From Promethearchaeota archaeon (GTDB lineage Archaea; Asgardarchaeota; Thorarchaeia; Thorarchaeales; Thorarchaeaceae), in contig WJMJ01000164.1 in NCBI GenBank assembly GCA_014728035.1, positions 1-10,876 on the forward strand: a DNA stretch of 10,876 nucleotides, in the 5' to 3' direction. A program made the position numbers and the translations under genes. Below the pieces are notes generated by a model. The model was not told the DNA's origin, did not search any database, and saw nothing but the letters and a program-made list of their open reading frames with translations. Shown here piece by piece: positions 6,488 to 10,876 of this stretch; the first letter of the stretch is position 1, and every line of letters begins with the position of its first letter.

Positions 6488-8644
6488 GTGACACTCAATG
6501 AAACCCCATCAGAAAGAGACCAGCGGTTGAAGGAACTAAGAAAAGAAGAACCTGATGTTGTCATAAAAGCCATCCAAGAATCAGTAGAACCTTGGTGGGA
6601 GATTGCTTTCATTCATCCAGAGAAAAAACTGATGGCGGTTAAAGAAGTCAAAGACGCGATGATGAGCAGAGCGGACTATATCGCAGATGCTTTGAAGGAG
6701 AATAAAGAACCCTGGACTATCCTTTGGGGAATAGGGCAAGTTGAGGAATTCTTCAGATATGAACCAATTGTAGAAGGGATAGTTTACGCTCTGAAACATA
6801 ATGAAAACGCCTGGCAAACGTATGAAGAGATCAAAGAGTACAGATGGTTGATGAAGGATGAACGCATTCAGGATGCGCTAGTACTTGCTTTACGTAACCA
6901 CAATGGACCCTGGTTTACGTTGGATGTCATTTTGGATTACTATGATCTTGAGACTGAACAACGAACAATTGACGCAATCATCCATCAAATAGAACACTCT
7001 GACCATTACTACCTACTTATTCAATCAATTCTAGATTCTGAGTTCTTATTCAATCATCCAAGCATAAGAAAAGCTATCGAACAAAGAATACCAGATATTG
7101 CACATGGCATTCGAAAAAGTGAGAAGAATTGGGATATATTGAGAAGCATAGAAGACATCGACTACATAATTGAAAACGATTTGGTTATTGATGCTATTGT
7201 ATATGCAATCGAAAAAACCAATGAAGCACTCAGATTGATTTGGCGAGTTTGTGAAATACCCTCTCTTATCCAATTACTAAAAATACAACGAGTAATCGCA
7301 AAACAGATTCGAGAGTCTAAAGACTTCATCTCTATTCTATACTACTTGCAAGGAAACAGAAGACTTGTTGAAAGTGATGTAATAAGAGAGGCAATTTTGA
7401 ACAAGATATCAGATATTTCAAACCAAATCAGAACTGAGGACTATCCCATACAGACAGCTCAATCGATAACAGGGTTCTATTACCTATTGGAATATCCAGA
7501 GATACAAGAAGCTCTCAGGAGTAGAGCTTCTGATTTACTCCGTCAATCCTTTGATTATGATCTTGACATATTCGAAAAAGGTCAAGCACTTTTCTTCCTT
7601 CGTACTCACAACGAATTTCACCAATACCTTGCGGATTACTTGCGAGGATGTACCTATGGGAATAGATTAGAAAAAATAGCAAAGTCGTTTTCTGAAGTGT
7701 TGCAAGATAAGCTAGTCATACAATCCATCATTGATTTATTAGGAAATACTGAATATCCACATTACATAATCGGCGCATTAGAAGATACAGCCCTTCGTCA
7801 TAATCAAGAAGTTCTGAGAGCTATCGAGACCCGAATTCAGGATATTGTAACCGGGTTACAAACAGAAGAGATTCCATGGTACGAGATTGAGGAGATTGCT
7901 GTTGGAGATATTCTAATTGAGCATCAAACGATTCGAGAAGCAATTCTGAATGTTATACTGAAATCAGACAACGGTTGGATTTGCCTTCCATCTCTTATGT
8001 CAAAACCTGAATTGATTGAGAATGAGCAATTGCAAGATTCAATATTGGAACATATAGAAGAAATTGCAGAGTATATTCGAAGAGATAAAAAAGACCTACC
8101 ACTATTCTTGGACAGATTCTATGAAGTTCCCTTCCTGAGAGAAAATACAACAATTCAAGATGCGTATTTGTATAGAATTGACGAGATCATTGAAGACATC
8201 GAAACTAGGAGGGAGTTTTGGTATGATATTGGGTCAATTTCTGACAATCCAATTATAGTAACTCAGAAACGTGTTCAGGAAGCAATTCTAAAACGAGAGA
8301 AGGATTTGATTCATCACCTGAGATTTCGAGAGGATGCATGGAACATCATCGGGAATATTTGCGGGGTTGAATATCTGCTGGATTCCGAACAGATTCGGGA
8401 GGCAATATCTCACGTAATAGAAAGAACAAATAATCCGTGGTTCTTCGAGTATTATGGAGAGCTCCAACAATTCATTGATGAACAACGAATCAAAGAGGGG
8501 TTCCTAACTCGAGTAGAGGATTTTGCATATTGGATAAAGCATGGACCAAATTCCTGTGAAGTAGAAGCATTCGTAAAGATGATTCCATATTTATACAACA
8601 ATGAAATGATCAAGTCAGCAATAGAAAATATCTGTGAAAGTTAA
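6488..8644 (+). CDS. Alpha-solenoid repeat protein (about 19 repeats of 33 or about 40 aa), function unknown
   Basis: 718-aa ORF, acidic and Ile/Leu-rich. It has a recurring [PA]W-x2-[IL]-x2-I-x5-[LF]-x5-I-x2-A[IL] unit. No catalytic motif, signal peptide or TM segment was seen. Confidence 0.8.
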   Translation: MTLNETPSERDQRLKELRKEEPDVVIKAIQESVEPWWEIAFIHPEKKLMAVKEVKDAMMSRADYIADALKENKEPWTILWGIGQVEEFFRYEPIVEGIVYALKHNENAWQTYEEIKEYRWLMKDERIQDALVLALRNHNGPWFTLDVILDYYDLETEQRTIDAIIHQIEHSDHYYLLIQSILDSEFLFNHPSIRKAIEQRIPDIAHGIRKSEKNWDILRSIEDIDYIIENDLVIDAIVYAIEKTNEALRLIWRVCEIPSLIQLLKIQRVIAKQIRESKDFISILYYLQGNRRLVESDVIREAILNKISDISNQIRTEDYPIQTAQSITGFYYLLEYPEIQEALRSRASDLLRQSFDYDLDIFEKGQALFFLRTHNEFHQYLADYLRGCTYGNRLEKIAKSFSEVLQDKLVIQSIIDLLGNTEYPHYIIGALEDTALRHNQEVLRAIETRIQDIVTGLQTEEIPWYEIEEIAVGDILIEHQTIREAILNVILKSDNGWICLPSLMSKPELIENEQLQDSILEHIEEIAEYIRRDKKDLPLFLDRFYEVPFLRENTTIQDAYLYRIDEIIEDIETRREFWYDIGSISDNPIIVTQKRVQEAILKREKDLIHHLRFREDAWNIIGNICGVEYLLDSEQIREAISHVIERTNNPWFFEYYGELQQFIDEQRIKEGFLTRVEDFAYWIKHGPNSCEVEAFVKMIPYLYNNEMIKSAIENICES

Positions 8645-8720
8645 TCAAGGTCTGGGAGGTCAAGATTCATATTTGATTCGAGAATACGATCCTCTCGAGT
8701 ACTAAGAATCCCAGAATTGT

Positions 8721-8903
8721 TCAATTCGAATCGGCGAGAGTACTTGGTGTATATTGGAAGATTTGATAGGTGCCTTTGTGAAGGTCGTTCGGATTCCAGA
8801 TTATGGTGTTTCCAGTTTCTCCCTCAGTGCAACCACTTCTATCTTTCTGGCTAAGTATACATTTGGGAGAGATTTGGGTGAGATTTTGGAATTTATTTAT
8901 TAT
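8721..8903 (-). pseudogene. Start-less relic reading frame resembling an Asgard extracellular Ig-like repeat
   Basis: The minus frame contains EGETGNTIIWNPNDLHKGTYQIF (8825-8757) and has no in-frame ATG/GTG/TTG upstream of it. The family resemblance is from memory only. Confidence 0.3.
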
Positions 8904-8934
8904 TCAACCTGTAGAAGAATAGAAGTGAGTGAAA

Positions 8935-10302
8935 ATGTACAAGAAGCCACACCTCATCTTGCTCTGTTCTCTGATTCTGTTATCAACGTCCTTTGGAATT
9001 TCAGCAGAAACAGAACAATACACAGGAATGTCATCAATTATTGCTCAAACGGGTGAGTTGCCGTACACTATCGTAGACACAGGTCAGACAGAATGCTACG
9101 ATGATTCAATTGAAACATCCTATCCGAGCGAGGACCAACCATTCTATGGTCAGGATGCACAATACCAGACCGTGGTGATGGAGTACCAGGATAACGAAGA
9201 TGGAACTGTGACTGATCTCAAGACCGGACTAATGTGGCAGAAATCAGTCGGAGTGAAGATGGCCTTTGATGATGCAATAGATAATGCAGACACCTATGAC
9301 CTAGCAGGATACACAGACTGGCGATTGCCCACCATCAAGGAACTCTATTCGCTAATCAATTTCGATGGAAAGACAGGCATGTCAGCTGCTGAGTCGATTC
9401 CCTACATCAACACTGACTATTTCGATTTTGAATACGGTGACGAGTCTGCTGGCGAACGTTTCATCGATGCTCAGTGGTGCTCCAGCACCGAGTATGTCAG
9501 TACGACCATGGGAGGTGACCATACCGTATTTGGTGTGAACTTCGCAGATGGACGGATCAAGGGATACGGGACTTCGAAGCCCGATGATTCGGAGAAGACC
9601 TTCTTTGTCCGATATGTTCGAGAGAACGCTGATTATGGAATCAACGATTTTACAGACAATGTAGATGGTACTATCTCTGATGTTGCAACAGGTCTCATGT
9701 GGTCAAAGAATGATAGTGTAGTTGGTATGAACTGGGAAGAGGCTCTTGCATATGCACAGCAGATGAACACTGAGAATTATCTAGGATACAATGACTGGCG
9801 CTTGCCGAATGCCAAAGAACTGCAGAGCATTGTAGACTATTCTCGCTCCCCAGATACAACCGATTCAGCTGCAATCGATCCCATGTTCTATTGTACACCC
9901 ATAACCGATGAGGGAGGGAACGAGAACTATGGATTCTATTGGACAGGTACAACTCATCTTGACGGTCTGGATGCAAGCGGTGCGGTCTATGTTGCCTTTG
10001 GTGAAGCTCTGGGATGGATTGAGATTGGAGGAGAGTATGTTCTTTATGATGTCCATGGTGCGGGGTCTCAACGTAGTGATCCAAAATCAGGAGAAGCCTC
10101 AGACTATCCATATGGATTCGGACCTCAGGGAGACGTACGACGAATCGATAACCTAGTGCGATTAGTCAGAGGGGGGACGGTTCAACTATTGACCGAAGAG
10201 CCAAATCCAGATCCTCTTGATATTAGTACCTTGATACTATTAGCAATTCCAACAAGCCTAGTACTCCTTGGAGCAACAGTGTACTATCTGAGGAGAAAAT
10301 GA
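8935..10302 (+). CDS. Secreted, C-terminally membrane-anchored protein with two DUF1566 (Lcl C-terminal, C-type lectin-like) domains
   Basis: Signal peptide MYKKPHLILLCSLILLSTSFGISA. Two copies of DNxDGT[VI]xDxxTGLMWxK and GYxDWRLPxxKEL, each domain ending in VRxVR. C-terminal hydrophobic helix followed by LRRK. ATG 8935 is preferred; GTG 8929 is an alternative. Confidence 0.9.
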   Translation: MYKKPHLILLCSLILLSTSFGISAETEQYTGMSSIIAQTGELPYTIVDTGQTECYDDSIETSYPSEDQPFYGQDAQYQTVVMEYQDNEDGTVTDLKTGLMWQKSVGVKMAFDDAIDNADTYDLAGYTDWRLPTIKELYSLINFDGKTGMSAAESIPYINTDYFDFEYGDESAGERFIDAQWCSSTEYVSTTMGGDHTVFGVNFADGRIKGYGTSKPDDSEKTFFVRYVRENADYGINDFTDNVDGTISDVATGLMWSKNDSVVGMNWEEALAYAQQMNTENYLGYNDWRLPNAKELQSIVDYSRSPDTTDSAAIDPMFYCTPITDEGGNENYGFYWTGTTHLDGLDASGAVYVAFGEALGWIEIGGEYVLYDVHGAGSQRSDPKSGEASDYPYGFGPQGDVRRIDNLVRLVRGGTVQLLTEEPNPDPLDISTLILLAIPTSLVLLGATVYYLRRK

Positions 10303-10330
10303 TTTTCGGATTAGAAAAGAGTTGACAAGC

Positions 10331-10367
10331 CCCATCAATTTGATATTGATGGGTGTTTCTTATTTTG
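10331..10367 (+). terminator. Hairpin plus T-rich tail after the DUF1566 gene
   Basis: CCCATCAAT-TTGAT-ATTGATGGG (9-bp stem, 10331-10353) followed by TGTTTCTTATTTT. Confidence 0.55.
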
Positions 10368-10437
10368 GCTGCGTTGTATGAAAAGGACATTACTGAATAG
10401 AATCGAGAGGTACATCATATATTTTGGAGATGAGAGT

Positions 10438-10749
10438 ATGACATTTAGAAGGATTGGTAAAATCAAAAATGATGCCTTAGAGAGAAAGATGGAGATAACT
10501 CCAAGTGACAAACCTTTGATCTTTCTCCTCCCACGACTCAACTACCTTCTTGGATTCATAGTTAAGAAAATACCAGAACAGCAAAAAGAATTCGTCAGTA
10601 AACTTGAAACCATCTATTTCAAATAGGGACGAGAGAACTGGGTCAAGGGTTGGGCCAGTGCCGGAATGGAATTTGGCGTAGTGGATTTTGATGAACCAAG
10701 AGATATCCTAGAACAATTTTCACTCAAACAGTTTCGTCAGATTCGTTGA
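10438..10749 (+). pseudogene. Probable disrupted gene with an in-frame TAG at 10624-10626
   Basis: ATG 10438 follows GGAGATGAGAG. 62 codons precede the TAG, then 40 further protein-like sense codons (GRENWVKGWASAGMEFGVVDFDEPRDILEQFSLKQFRQIR) run to TGA 10747-10749. Confidence 0.45.
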
Positions 10750-10803
10750 ATATGATGAACTTTAACCTTATTTGCTTTCAAGTGGAATACTTCAGGAGAT
10801 ATA

Positions 10804-10876
10804 ATGAACTCGGATGTAGTTATTTATCAGGACACATCAGGAAGAGAGCATCAAGAAAAAATCGACAGTACTACCA
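10804..10876 (+). CDS. 5' end of a gene running off the window (MNSDVVIYQDTSGREHQEKIDSTT...)
   Basis: AGGAG at 10794-10798 precedes ATG 10804 and the frame is open to the window end. The product cannot be determined. Confidence 0.5.
   Translation, partial: MNSDVVIYQDTSGREHQEKIDSTT

Noticed and set aside
8754-9056. 100-aa + strand ORF overlapping the DUF1566 start
   Set aside because: It overlaps a confident gene in another frame and has no recognisable motif.
9180-10170. DGR template/variable repeat within the DUF1566 gene
   Set aside because: The two domains differ at all base types rather than only at adenines, and there is no reverse transcriptase in the window.
846-10541. Other short antisense or alternate-frame ORFs in the track (e.g. 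846-1067, 1727-2008, 2408-2680, 5013-5276, 6581-6817, 9695-10111, 10335-10541)
   Set aside because: They lie in or over better-supported genes and show no motifs.
1-10876. CRISPR array, tRNA/rRNA, IS element, integron attC array
   Set aside because: No regularly spaced repeats, cloverleaf, transposase/integrase ORF or convincing RYYYAAC...GTTRRRY attC structures were seen by eye.

Overview
Gene-dense, AT-rich, mosaic prokaryotic window that is most likely archaeal. TATA-like boxes, GGAG/GAGGT RBSs and the gene families suggest an Asgard/Thorarchaeia-like genome, but this is an inference. In order it holds: a 5'-truncated protein with a C-terminal TerD-like domain, a DUF362/COG2768 Fe-S protein, an MNT-HEPN (MntA/HepT, type VII) toxin-antitoxin pair, a C-terminal alpha/beta-hydrolase fragment, a TPR protein and a tandem-GNAT-like protein. 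These are followed by two tandem paralogous zinc-ribbon microproteins missed by the ORF track (5909-6076, 6089-6262), a 718-aa protein made of about 19 helical repeats of 33 or about 40 aa, a membrane-anchored double-DUF1566 protein, a probable pseudogene and the start of another gene. The most novel-looking part is the zinc-ribbon pair plus the 33/40-aa solenoid. Also notable is a repeated AGGGAG-N5-CTCCCT palindrome bracketing the TA-containing block. No rRNA, tRNA, CRISPR array, transposase or integrase was recognised.
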